64,000 bases of DNA from Lama guanicoe (taxonomy: Eukaryota), in the NCBI GenBank assembly GCA_013239625.1, contig MU055269.1:3659225-3723224 (forward strand), in the 5' to 3' direction. The notes beneath the pieces are model-generated. The model made no database searches, was not told where the DNA came from, and was given only the letters and a program-made list of their open reading frames with translations. The position numbers and the translations under genes were made by a program. Below are positions 63,760-64,000 of the stretch, piece by piece (the first letter of the stretch is position 1; every line of letters starts with the position of its first letter).

Positions 63760-64000
63760 ACGTAAAACACGCAGCTGGCCATTCACACCACCTTGACCTG
63801 TGCGATTGTGGCATCAACTACACTCACCACGTGTGCAGCCACCACCACTGCTTGCAAAACACTGTCATCACCCCAAACAGAAACCCTGTCCCCACGAGGC
63901 AGTAACTCCCTGCCCCCCTCCCCCAGCCCTGGTACCTTCAGTCTGCTTTCTGCTGACTGGATGCCACATGCAGCACCGGCCCTCTTGTGACCGGCTTACT
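63760..64000 (-). mobile_element. L1MB-like 3' end, antisense, running off the window
   Basis: tgtgcagccaccaccac...tcatcaccccaaacagaaaccctgtcccca...ccccagccctgg is similar to 61145-61270. Confidence 0.7.

Overview
This is eukaryotic (mammalian) genomic DNA, GC-rich, with one 133-N gap at 61861-61993. Bases 1 to about 25.8 kb hold exons 2-13 of CTDP1 (FCP1, the RNA polymerase II CTD phosphatase) on the + strand; exon 1 lies upstream of the window. Exon numbers follow my recollection of the human gene. All junctions are GT-AG and the phases join correctly except at exon 8. There the orthologous acceptor (10645) is out of frame because of one extra A in an A4 run, while a second AG at 10662-10663 restores the frame. 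The region from about 26 to 52 kb is intergenic and carries ancient MaLR, L1, L2 and MER5 relics. A CpG island at about 52.3-54.0 kb has two good + strand splice donors and a cryptic 7-copy ~49-bp repeat. By synteny it is probably the non-coding 5' end of KCNG2, but no KCNG2 coding sequence is in the window. Antisense L1 fragments fill most of 58-64 kb. The most interesting leads are: the exon-8 frame anomaly; a candidate structured intronic polyadenylation site with an in-frame alternative last exon in intron 10; a 95-nt last intron whose retention removes the RAP74-binding tail; a duplicated CTCF-like site next to a perfect MEF2 site; and the repeat array in the CpG island. I found no prokaryotic systems, CRISPR arrays or RNA genes, and nothing I can call a confirmed new biological system.
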